DNA of 64,000 nucleotides from an uncultured virus (IMG/VR IMGVR_UViG_3300020178_000825) (lineage: Duplodnaviria > Heunggongvirae > Uroviricota > Caudoviricetes). A program made the translations under genes and the position numbers. This document shows, in pieces, positions 18,817 to 30,800 of this stretch; the first letter of the stretch is position 1; every line of letters begins with the position of its first letter. The notes under the pieces are model-generated. The model saw only the letters and a program-made list of their open reading frames with translations. It had not been told where the DNA came from and did no database searches. Location: IMG/VR virus record IMGVR_UViG_3300020178_000825, positions 1-64,000 of that record; one strand, 5' to 3'.

Positions 18817-21126
18817 TTATGCTGAGAACGATGCTCCCGTTGGTAAGATGTTGAAATCAATTACAATGAATTCAGCGGTCTTAGCAGGTTGTAGGAATAT
18901 CTGTCCAGCTAAAATGTTTCTATCAACCACATCAGGTGTGTTGTTAGTCTCATCCATAACTACTTTAAATGCGTACAGTCCTTGTCTTTGTTGGATACCT
19001 TCTAAGTAAGGTTGTACAGTGTTGATAAATCTACCTCTAGTCGATGCCGTATTTTGTTCGAATACTAAGAATCGAGATGTAGATGCTACAAATTTCTTAA
19101 CATTGATTAATAATCTTCTAACATTGATTCTATCTAATGCTGATGCTCTATCTTGCAATGTTTTCTGTCCGAATGCCACAATACCTTGTCCAGGGAATGC
19201 TGCGATTGGGTTTACTTTGTTTTCATATAAAGTATCTCTTTCAGAATGAGTTAATCTATTCAATACTGATGCTGCTCCTATGATACCACCTCTATTTAAA
19301 CCAGCAGGTGCGAACCATTCAGCTGCGATAGCGTCATTTGCTGCGTACACAGCAGGTAATAATACTGAAGGTGGAACACTTACTAATTTATTAGTGTTTG
19401 TATCTACTGTCTTAACCCAAGGATAGTAAGTTCCAACATAGTTAGAATCTACTGCGTTTGCCTGAGTTGTTACATCAGAAATTGTTGAACTAGCATCAGC
19501 GAAATCAGCGATGTAAAATGCATCTGCTCTAGCTTCAACAACATCAATTGCCTTACTAACAACTGCTGGGTGTAATGTTCTTACAACACCAGGAGTTACT
19601 AACATATTGATATCCCACTCATCAGCGTTTGAAATTGCGTTCAAACCTTTAGAGTATGATAGGTAACCACCAGCCGTAGTTGATGATAAATCAAGTCCTT
19701 GCGAATTACCAGCACTCATATCAGAACCTAAGTTGATATTAGTTGCAGGTGATTGTCCATCAAATCCACCTTGGAATGCAATTGAAAATTGTCTCTTCAC
19801 CATATCAGATGAATCAGAACCACTCATTACATAAGAAAGTTGAGAATCGAATCCGAAATCAACATTCGAACCAACTCCTACACTTTCAGGTAAAGGTTTG
19901 ATATAATTGTTGTTATCATATTTTACACCAACTGTTTCGAAATCGAAACCAGCAAAATATGTTGGGTTACCAGCAGTATTTACTACTGAACCGGTTTGGT
20001 AAACAACTGCTGGAACGATAGTTTCATCGGTTGCTTTAATTGGGTTAGAGTATGCTCCATGTCCGAATGGTGCAGCAGATACAGGATATGAACCCTGAGC
20101 TGCTACTTGTACTCTAATATATTTTGAATTGTTTACCCAATCACCATTTTCAGTAATCTTACCATTTGAATCGATAGTTAAATATCTATCACCGATTCTT
20201 CTAGCGATAAAGTTTGGTGATGCTGGGTCTAAGTTTACATTACTAAATGTTTCTAATACAACAGGTCTTTTATCCGTATCAGAGAATGAACGAATAATTA
20301 CTGTGAATACTGAATAATCAGTACCTCCATCTTCACCGGCAGCTTTCACATTGGAGATTGAAATTTTGAATCTGGAGTTTTCATTTGTTCCATATCCTAA
20401 TGTATGGAATTTAAATAAATCACTTCTTACACCTGAGATTAGTTGTGATTTAACAAATGGTGTAGATGCCCAACTTGCTTCATAAGTAAAGTTTTGAGTT
20501 GGAAGTACTTCAGCAGTAACTGCCTCACCATTAGCAACTTCTAAGTTAATACTATTTACTGCATTTTTAAAGTAAGAATACACATAAGCTTCTTTAGAAC
20601 CTAATGGGTCAGAACCAAATACATCAGTTACATCATTACCAGCTGATGATAATAGTGAAGATGATATGTTACTTAATCCACTACCACTTACCACAAATGA
20701 ACCAGATGTAGTTAATGATGGGGATACAGTAAAAGGACCAAATCCTACTTCGTCATCACCATTTACAGTATTATGTAATGTTGCAATAAGTGTTTGACTA
20801 CCATCAGAACCACTAGCTACTAAACCAACAGGTGTTACTTGAGAATAACCAGCATCAGCGCCAGTTTTACCCAAAACTCTAACAACTGTTGCTGTTCCAG
20901 CTTCTCTAAGATAGTTTTGTACTGCGTACTCTGTATAATAAGTTCCATCAGGTGTTCCGAACTTATCTTCAAATTCTGATTGTGTTCTTACAATCGTTGG
21001 AACAAACGCTGGTCCTTGTTTAAAAGGTCCTACAAACGCTGCTCCGATTTCTCCTACTCCCTGCGCTAAGAACGAAAGGTCATTTTCTCTCGTAAATACT
21101 CCAGGTGATACTATTCTTTCTGCCAT
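18817..21126 (-). CDS. tail sheath protein (gp18-like)
   Basis: SPGVFTRENDLS, WFAPAGLNRG, LYENKVNPI, GQKTLQ...SALDRINVRRLL, FEQN and KTAEFIVIDF. Confidence 0.95.
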   Translation of the reverse strand: MAERIVSPGVFTRENDLSFLAQGVGEIGAAFVGPFKQGPAFVPTIVRTQSEFEDKFGTPDGTYYTEYAVQNYLREAGTATVVRVLGKTGADAGYSQVTPVGLVASGSDGSQTLIATLHNTVNGDDEVGFGPFTVSPSLTTSGSFVVSGSGLSNISSSLLSSAGNDVTDVFGSDPLGSKEAYVYSYFKNAVNSINLEVANGEAVTAEVLPTQNFTYEASWASTPFVKSQLISGVRSDLFKFHTLGYGTNENSRFKISISNVKAAGEDGGTDYSVFTVIIRSFSDTDKRPVVLETFSNVNLDPASPNFIARRIGDRYLTIDSNGKITENGDWVNNSKYIRVQVAAQGSYPVSAAPFGHGAYSNPIKATDETIVPAVVYQTGSVVNTAGNPTYFAGFDFETVGVKYDNNNYIKPLPESVGVGSNVDFGFDSQLSYVMSGSDSSDMVKRQFSIAFQGGFDGQSPATNINLGSDMSAGNSQGLDLSSTTAGGYLSYSKGLNAISNADEWDINMLVTPGVVRTLHPAVVSKAIDVVEARADAFYIADFADASSTISDVTTQANAVDSNYVGTYYPWVKTVDTNTNKLVSVPPSVLLPAVYAANDAIAAEWFAPAGLNRGGIIGAASVLNRLTHSERDTLYENKVNPIAAFPGQGIVAFGQKTLQDRASALDRINVRRLLINVKKFVASTSRFLVFEQNTASTRGRFINTVQPYLEGIQQRQGLYAFKVVMDETNNTPDVVDRNILAGQIFLQPAKTAEFIVIDFNILPTGASFSA

Positions 21127-21175
21127 AATTTTATTTCTCCAATAAGTTTATTTTGATAAATAAATCAAATACACA

Positions 21176-21184
21176 TATAAATAT
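21176..21184 (-). promoter_or_regulatory. ATATTTATA motif (putative late promoter) upstream of sheath
   Basis: Exact motif about 50 nt upstream of the ATG at 21126. Confidence 0.55.
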
Positions 21185-21277
21185 AACGAAAATCTCCAAA
21201 AGATAAATTTCATTTCTATTAACCACATACAATCAAACTTAAATTGTACATAGGTTATTATGAATTTAAGATTTTAA

Positions 21278-21799
21278 CTACACATTCACAATAACATCAC
21301 CAAAAACTTCTTTTAGTTCTGTTTTTAATAATGGATATGCAAAATCATAAATAGATGAGCCGGTTAATGCATTAGTTGTGATTACATCTGCTGTATATTC
21401 TTCACTACCACTAACATTTACAGTATCGTATGTCCAAGAAGATTGAGTAATCATATTCTCAGGGTCTTCTGGGTCTGGAACCATTTGTTCTACAGATGAA
21501 GATACAGTTTCTACTCTTAAAAATTCTCTACTTCTAACTTGAGATTCTGTTAAATGAAAACTATACACCTCTTTTACCTCATAACTCTTTGCTTCCCATT
21601 CTTCAACTAACATAGCAGGTGAATGTTCATCAAATAAATCTCTAGAAGCACTAGAAGCAGCTCCTTCATTTAGATATAATGTGGGATATACTCTTAATGT
21701 ACCATTTGATTTTCTAAATTCAAAAGATTCTATTCTTACATATCCTTCAGAAGTGATACCTCTACTTGTACCTATTTGTTTTTGTATTTCTAAAGCCAT
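21278..21799 (-). CDS. hypothetical protein (173 aa), fibre-associated
   Basis: Clean acidic ORF downstream of the fibre gene, with its own ATATTTATA motif. Confidence 0.75.
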   Translation of the reverse strand: MALEIQKQIGTSRGITSEGYVRIESFEFRKSNGTLRVYPTLYLNEGAASSASRDLFDEHSPAMLVEEWEAKSYEVKEVYSFHLTESQVRSREFLRVETVSSSVEQMVPDPEDPENMITQSSWTYDTVNVSGSEEYTADVITTNALTGSSIYDFAYPLLKTELKEVFGDVIVNV

Positions 21800-21821
21800 T
21801 TTGTTTTTTTTACTTTATGTT

Positions 21822-21830
21822 TATAAATAT
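21822..21830 (-). promoter_or_regulatory. ATATTTATA motif (putative late promoter)
   Basis: Exact motif 22 nt upstream of the ATG at 21799. Confidence 0.55.
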
Positions 21831-21849
21831 AACTATATTAGTAAAAAGA

Positions 21850-24800
21850 TTAACCTTTATTAATTAATTGTTTTACTAATTTTTTTAATTCTTCAATTTC
21901 AGATTGTTGTTTTTCAATAATACCTTCTAATTCTTTCATTTTGGTGTTGTTCCAACTTACAATCTTATGCTGGTCTTTAATACCTTCAATTACTAAAGGA
22001 ATTAATCTATCGTATTTTATTGTTAAGTAATCTTCACCAGATTTAGAATATAGATTTCCATTTTCATCGTAATCGGAATCAAATGGTGCTAAGTGAACAA
22101 CCTCAGGTACAACATCTCTAACCTGTTGTGCTGATAAACCTACTTGTAATCCTTCTTCGGTAAATCCAACTTTTTTTGCTAAATCATTAGTTTCGTAGTA
22201 GAAACCATCTAATGAAAGAATCTTAGAAAGTGCATTTCCAATTTTACCTTTCTTATCTTTTAATCTTTCATCTGAGTAGTATGCTATAATATCTTGCGTA
22301 CATCTAAATACTCGAGTAGCGTAGATTTGTGAGTTGTTTACCTCTAATCTTTCCGAACCACCAGTTACAACTCTCCATTGGTCAGATGCATGGAACTGCA
22401 TATATGTATTGGTATCACCTCTATGCCTAATTTGCGAATTGATATCAATCCGATTCAGTTGAGATGTCCCATTCGGGTCTACATAGTAATTACCATCATT
22501 TCTATCATAGTAGATAGCACCATATACTCTATTGTAGAAGTATGCTATTGCATTTCCATTTTCCCGTCCAATATATGCTACGTTCATAGAATTACCAGCA
22601 CCATTATCATGTATTCTTAGATAAGAGTTAGTATTATTATTGTTACTATCTAATCTAATATTAACATCATTAAATGAGTTTAATGACATTGAATCACTAA
22701 AGTTACCATTGATATCAGTAGATGCTAATCCGTGATAGTAGTAGTAATCGTATTGAGCGTTCCAGTCAAAGGACATATATGCAATTTTATGCATAGACGA
22801 TGAATAAGTCCCATAACCCTGTGCTCTACCCTTATTTGTATCTGAACCAAAGTATGAAGTATTGGTTACGGTTGCATTAAATCTAGAAGTAGAATTAAAG
22901 TTACCATAGTATCCAGTATCGTGGTCATAGTAAACTTGTGCTCTTACTTGGTCTCTTACATAGATACCATAAGAATCGGTATTCATTTGTCTAGCACCAT
23001 TCCACATTAGTTCGGTACTACCATTTCTATTGAAATAAGCCATCCACTCGTTATCAATATCGTTGAAGATACCAGCACCAGAAGAATCAGCAGACATGAA
23101 TACATATCTACCATTGATTGAGTATCCTTCCCAACCACCTTTACCTCCACCATGAGTTTGAACAGTACCATAGTTTCCATCTACACCACCTTGCCCAGCT
23201 CTGAAGGTAACTTCATTATTGTCTCTAAGTTCTACATACGAATCTCTAACTACTCTTACTGCCCAGTTTCCATCAGAATCTAAGATACCAATAGTATTGT
23301 TATCTTCTGCGTAGAAATAACCTCTAATAGTACCTTGGTGTCCATCTCTAATTCTAATACCTTTAGCGTTATCACTTTCACCAATACTCCAATATGTACC
23401 ATCTGCATACCAATGGTTAGCAGTTGCTTGGTTGTATAAACCTTCATATTGATTATAGTTTCTGAACCAATCATCAGCGTAGAAGTTCCACGCTCTAGCA
23501 GTATTCATACGAGCATCACCCTGTCCACTACCGAAGTAGTATGCAGTATTCTCTCTATCGTAAATGATATTAGTTCTAATATCGTTGAAGTACGATGTTT
23601 GACCAGGGTTAGCGTAATATGAGGTATTATCTCTATCATAGTAGATATTTGCCCTCATATCGTTGAAGTACGATGTAGAAGCAGGGTCTGCGTAATATGA
23701 TGTACTGTTTTGGTCATAGTAACGAGGAGAGTAAGTTACATCATAGTTGTACATCCAACCATCCACTCTCAAATTCAAGTTACCACTATCCGAACTCATT
23801 CTGAATTCATCAGTACCCGTTCCGATAAAGTCAATACCAGTTCTACTATCCCAATGTGTGTTGGTTCTAAATCTTACCGTACCTCCACCATATGCGGGCA
23901 TTATAATTTGAGATGCGTTATTAAATGTTAAACCATTACCATCATTTGCTCTATTACCAGTTAATGTTTCAATAGATGGTTCGTTACCATTAATTTCATA
24001 TACACCAGGTCCCCACCATTTTAATTGTGCAGCAGGATTTGTTGAATAATATAAATAAGTTCTATGAGTTTGGTTTCTCGTACCAGTGTACCTCATTTTA
24101 TAATCAGTACAACCCCGAATTTTTTCACCAGTATCCAATCTCCAAACACCACCTTTTCCACTACTACTAGTAGATGGGTGATTGTTTGCATGTACTATAC
24201 CAACTACTAAACACCAAACATCTTGTGGTAATCCACTAATTCCAAATGCCGTAAAATATGGGTTACCATTAGCTGAACCACTCATATTAAGTGTTTCTCC
24301 ACCACTACAACCTAAATAGAATGTACCAGATGTATTTGAACCAACACGCTTCACATATGTTACCCACATATATGATTTGTTACCATCTAAGTTTGATACA
24401 GTTTTGTTCCAACCACCATCGGAGTTCGAACCAGCATCATTATTTAATGCTCTCCAAACAATAGCCGGTCTACCCCAAGGGTCATAATCTTGTATGATTG
24501 AGTTTTCATTGGATGCTCCATTGTTTGAGAATGTTCCACCCAATGCAGCTGCACCATTACCAGTTGAACTTACTGCCCAATCTTCAGCGGTTGCTAAGTT
24601 AGTAAATGAACCAACATGATGGTTACGAGAGTTAATTGCTTTCTGTCCACCAACTCTTAGGTTGTAAGTAACTTCAACGTCTTGAGAACTTCTACCAACT
24701 GAGAATAACATTGTTGATAAATCTTCATTGTTGTACATTCTGATACCACCATAACCAGGTTGTGCACCCATACGGATACCAGTATGCCATCTTAAATCTA

Positions 24801-27800
24801 ACTTAGTGTAGTTACCACCATAGTTTTCTAAATTTGTACCAATATAGTAGTTAGCATTTGCATCTGAGTTACCACCACCAAAATGTAATCTCGTAGAACC
24901 TACTGAGTTATATGCGTTGTAGTCAAATCTACCACCAATTACAACTCTATTGATGAATTCAGCTGCGTACATACGAGAAGTAGAACCACCATGCCAATAA
25001 TATCCAGTTGCTCCTCTATCATAAAGAATGTTTACTCTAACATCATTTAAGTAAGAAGTAGAAGCAGGGTCTAAGTAGTAAGATGTATTGGTATCATAGA
25101 ATCTTGATGCAAAAATATTTCCATTTACATAAACACCATCTGAACGAGTGTAGATTTTCTCAGCACCATCGTAATACATTGATGTTTGTACATTAGTTGT
25201 TCTAACTGCCCATTGTCCATCCCGATTTAATAAACCGAAGTTTGCACCATCACCATCACCATACACATATCCATATTGTGTACCATTTCCATCTCTGAAT
25301 CGAATACCAGTTGGTCCGTTTGTATCATCGGCTTGGAAATTTAGGTAATTGTTATTAGAATCATCATAGAATCTAACACCAGCGTTAAAGTGTAATTGGT
25401 TTACATAGTTGATATCATAGTTGTTCATATGGAAATGACGATACCAATAAACATATCCATTGTTATTGGTAATGTATCTCATCATTAAGGTATCTGAGTT
25501 GTTGTTTCTCATATACCAAGAGAAAGTGTATCCACTATCCCAATACCAATGTGCACCATATGAAATAGCATGATAACCACCCTCACCAAAGTATAAGTGA
25601 GAATCACCACTATCAGTAGCACCCACATATAACATATCGTTGATGTGAGTTCTATCATCGTTACCATTACCTATTCGGTTTCGGTTACCATTTACATATA
25701 AGTTGTTTTGTACAGTAGTTGTACCATTGTTTACTTCTAATCTTTCACCACCACCAGTTACAACTCTCCATTGGTCATTTGCATGGAATTGGATGTAAGT
25801 ATTGGTATCTGAATCGTGGTAAATCCGGTCATTTAAGAAGATATCCTCTACATCGTAGATTCTACCATTATCCATATATAAATCAGTACGGATAATAACC
25901 GAACCATTTACATCTAATCGTTGTGAAGCAGTATCATGCCCAATACCCACATTACCGCCACTAGCACAAACCATATAAATGTTTTGATTTGCTGAGTGGT
26001 TTAAGTGAAGTGGTCTATTATAAGAGTAAATCTGGTCATAGTTAATTCTTAAACCATCACTTACACCAGAAGTATCAAACTGTACCCAATCTAATCTACT
26101 ACTATTTCCTCTAAATTTAAGTATATCTTCTGGCCCATCATATTCGATTACAGGTCCACCATAACCATATTGGTGGAATTGAATTTGTGGATGACGTGAA
26201 TTTGTACCACCATTACCACTTTGAATTTGAATTGCAGTTGAGAATGTTGCAGAAGGTCTATTAAAGTATCCACTATCTCCACCCCAATGCGGTTGTCCAG
26301 CTGGAGCTGAATAATATGATGAGTAATCATTTGCGTAGTAATCGTATTCATCGGTGTAACCACCTTTAACAAATAAACCACCATCAACTACTAATTTCGA
26401 TGCATCCCGTGCATCACCACTATGCCATTTACCTAATCTCCAACCACTATTCTCATCATTGTTATTTGATACCGCAAAAGTAATACCCCTATCATAACTA
26501 GCATCAGAATACATAGTTGTAATTAAAAGGTCATGTGCGTAATTCGCATCAGCTGCTAAACCAGATGCTTGTGATTTTTGGTTAGCCGTTCCAGTAAACC
26601 AAGTACCATTACCCGCTCCAATCCAGAACATTTGATGTCCTTGGAAGTGTAGGTTTGTTTGTGCATATTGTCCAACTGCATCCCAATTGTTTGATACACC
26701 TAAGATGTGGTATTTTGAATCCATATCTAATGTACCCGTACCAACAACATTACCAGTTACACTAATACCCGTATTGGTAGTTTCTAATTTACCAGCACCA
26801 TTAAAATGTAATCGAACATATGAGTTTCTATACATTAAGATAGCCCACTCATTTTCGTAATCGTTGTAGATACCAGCTGCATTTGAATGGTCGTGCATAA
26901 ACACCCAACCACCATTGATTGAGTATCCACCCCAACCACCTCTAGTAGTCCGAGTTTGGACAGTACCATAGTTACCACTTACAGTATCTCTACCAATTCT
27001 AAATTCTTCAGTTGTACCATCGGTATAGAACTGAGTACCATAATCATTTTGGTGTCTGATTGCCCAACTTCCACCAGCATCTAAAATACCAATTTGATTA
27101 GAACTATTTGCGTAGAAAGAACCTCTTTCGGAACTTCCATTAGTTTTCATTCTAATTCTTATAGAAGATGCTGAATCTCTAGCAGTCCAAGATGCATCTG
27201 CATCTGAAACCCAATGTGCTCCAGTTGCTTGGTTATATAAACCTTCACCACTTTGGTTGTTTCTAAACCAACCATTGTTATAAATTTCGTTAAATGTTAC
27301 ACTATCCGTTGTACGAACATATTGGTTCATATTTGCAGCGTATGGATAGTTTGTAGAATCTAAAATTCTTCTCCAACCAGAATAGTTATCGTTATTCCAT
27401 TGAGTTTTGTATGCTAAATCACCAGTATGTGCTGCGTATAATTGGAATGAATGATTTGCACCTCTCAAACTAAGAACACCACCATAAGTGTACACACCAG
27501 TTGGATGATTTGAGAATCCAGAGGCCAAGTTATTGACCTGAATATAATTCATCTCACCAGCAGAGTTTGTCCAATCTTGGAAATTACCACTACCTACTGC
27601 ACCACCATAGTTAAATACATTCCAAGCACCAACCGAAGTAGATGTGAATCTAACTCTCGGTACTGCAATCTGTCCACTATTTGCGGTTGGGAATACTTCA
27701 GAATCCGGTGTGAAATCTGAGATATTAGTTGCGCCAGGTGATTTGTTAATGTAAGCTTGTCCGCCTGATGGAGTATTATCGGTATATTGTACTGTCTTAT

Positions 27801-30800
27801 TGGTTTTAATCATTACATCAACCTGTCCGTAGTATCTAACATCTACATAAACAGGAACATATCTGATATCACCACTAATAGTTACTGGTGAACCGATTCT
27901 CACCTGCATTCTATTATCAGCCCAAACTCTACTATCGGTTAGATATACTTGCCAAGCATTATAGTATCCCCACCAAACAGTATAAGTTTTTCTATCACCT
28001 CTACCATAGTAATCTTCATGTAATTCTACTTCGAATGTACCAGCATCGTTCCAATCGTTGTAATCCATTGCTAATCTAGCAATTTCAAATGTACGAGCTT
28101 GCGTTCCACTAGCACCTAAATCACCAATTGAAACATAAGTAAACTTACCAATAGTGTAATCATCACCCAAATTAACCCCACCATTATAGGTAACATTACC
28201 ATTAACAATTAAGTTATTTTGAATTGTTGTATTTGTATTATTTACTTCTAATCTTTCGCCACCGCCAGTTACAACTCTCCATTCGTTGGATGCATGGAAT
28301 TGAATGTAAGTATCGGAATCACCTTCATGAATGATTTGGTCTACACCAACTATATCATTGTTGTTCATATCAAGTGTACCACCTGATATACTGAATCCAT
28401 TACTTACATAACTTCTTTCCCAAGATGAGATTAATGCTCTTACCGTACCATCATTTCTTCTCAATCTCATATCAGGGTAACCATTACTACCTACCCAGAA
28501 TCCAGATGAGTTATCGTTACCAACACCATTCGTTACAAAGACAAATGGCCATGTACTATTCCGAACTTCTCTAAGAGAAATAGCGTTATCAGCTACATTA
28601 TTTAAATCCATATCAATAGCATGACTATTGATTTGTAGGTTAGTAGCTAATGTAGTAGTACTATTGTTTACTTCTAACCGTTCCGAACCACCAGTTACAA
28701 CTCTAAATTGGTCTCCAGCGTGGAATTGGATGTAAGTATTAGTATCACCTTGACTAATAATAGCATTATCTAAATAAATGTTTTCAACAGTATTTAAATT
28801 ACCATTTCCTAAGTTTAACCCAGCAAATGTTGGTGAATCGGTTGTACGAACATCTTGATTCATTCTGAACGCATATGGAATATTTCCATCGTGTCCGATT
28901 GTTCTCCAAGTTTGATATGTCCCAGCTTGCAATCTTCTAAATCTCATATCATCTGAGAAGAAACTGATTGCTAGTGTTGCACTATAATAAGTTGATGCGT
29001 TTCCGTGTCCTAATCTCATCCCATACCACCAATTGGTATCAGGATTAAGAGTTGAGTTATTGATTGTGTTCCAATATTGGAAACTATCTGATTCAGTACC
29101 AGTATTTGATGATAATCTTGTTGCTGCATCAATAGAACCATTGATTTCACCATTAACAGTCAATCCATTTAAGTTCGAAGTTCCTGCAGGATTTACATAA
29201 TAATTATCATCATTCGAATCATAGTAAATTGGTGCATACATTGCTACACCAGCATCTACGATTTTAGCTGCATCAATCGAACCTAAGTAAAGAATCGAAG
29301 CGTTTTGGTCTTTATCACCATAGAAGGTAAACTGCCCACCATGTCCTTGTCCTCTGAATGTTGGATTAGCATCACTAAAGTTAATGTAAACATCAAATCC
29401 ACTATCATTGATACCAATGTTAGAAGTATAAACACCACTAAATGTTGGAGTACTATTTGTTTTTACCGCTTGGTTTAAATAATCTGAGAATTGATACCCA
29501 TCCCAAAGGTCAGCATCCAATCCAGAACCAGCACCATCAGAAAGTGAAGTCCAAACTTCTCTCCAACCGGGTGCATAACTACTACCTTGGTCGTTGTAAA
29601 TGAATACTCTACCAGCAGAACCACCTGTATTTGGTGCAATTGCTAATGCTGTAATATTACCTCTTGTAGAATCTGATGAGTTATCAGTCCAAGTTATCCA
29701 AGAAGAACCTGCCGTTTCGGTAAACCTACCAGCATCAGTTAAGTTGTAATTTCCAGCATAACTCCAAGAAGTTTTGAATACCGAAGTATATGAATCAAAT
29801 GCCCCATCACTTTCCATTTCGGAAATTACTTGAGCAGTTGTTATATTTGGATTTGAACCATTAGTAAATGCTCTTGTTCCTAATGAACGAATGTGGTCAT
29901 ATATAGCGTAGTAAGAACCATGTTGTCCATCCAATAAATCAGCATTAAGGTTTGATACTAATGTTGTAGATGAAACGGTCAAAGGAGCCGTTCCAGTTGC
30001 TTGTGATAAAGTTAATCTGTTAAATGTGGGTGAATCTGAACTTCTAACATTTTGGTTCATTAAATAAACCTCAGTTGCACCCTGTCCAGTATTAATTGTA
30101 CCAATGTTTACTAAGTTACGAGATGTATCAATTACAGTTGTACCATTTAATTGATAACCATATGGTGCATTTACACCTGTATCATCTAAAATTTGGAACT
30201 GAATTCTATTACTTTGCTCCGGCTCAATAAAGTTTAAACCTTCTGGTGTAGCTTGGATAGCCATATCAGAACTTGCACCATCACCACCATCAGATGTACC
30301 ATTAAAGTAAATTGTAGGTGTATTGTTTGATGATAATTGTAAGTTAGCAAATTTAGGAGTATCAGTTGTACGAACATTTTGGTTCATTAAATAAACCTCA
30401 GTATTCCCTTGTCCAGTATTTACTGTATTTGCAAAGAATGTACCATTTACATACATCGTATATGATGTATTTAATGTTCCCGTATTAAAACTAAAGTTAC
30501 CACCATTTAATCCAAATACTGCTTTAGTACTACTCGCATCACTCTCTAAGAAGTTTACTAAGTGGTCTGAATAAATTGATAGATTATTTTCATTAGTAAT
30601 TTTGGTTATTGCACCAGCAGTTTCATTTAAGAATAATTGTCCACCTGTTGAATATAAATTACCAGAAGTTTGTAAGTTTGAATCGGCTACCCATCTATCA
30701 GAAGATTCGTTCCAAATAAATTGTTTGTTAGAAGCAGTTCCTCTTTCAATCTCAATACCAGCATTTTGTGAAGGAGTACCAGTCTCATTTGAGTTAAGAA

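Noticed and set aside
9692..21126. Bacterial extracellular contractile injection system or tailocin
   Set aside because: The module is contiguous with phage-type replication genes (gp32-like SSB, helicase, exonuclease) and no cellular genes are present.
1365..21863. Short plus-strand ORFs in the track
   Set aside because: All overlap well-supported minus-strand genes and show no recognisable motifs.
21850..30430. Diversity-generating retroelement acting on the fibre repeats
   Set aside because: There is no reverse transcriptase and no non-coding template repeat in the window, and the repeat copies do not appear to differ specifically at adenines.
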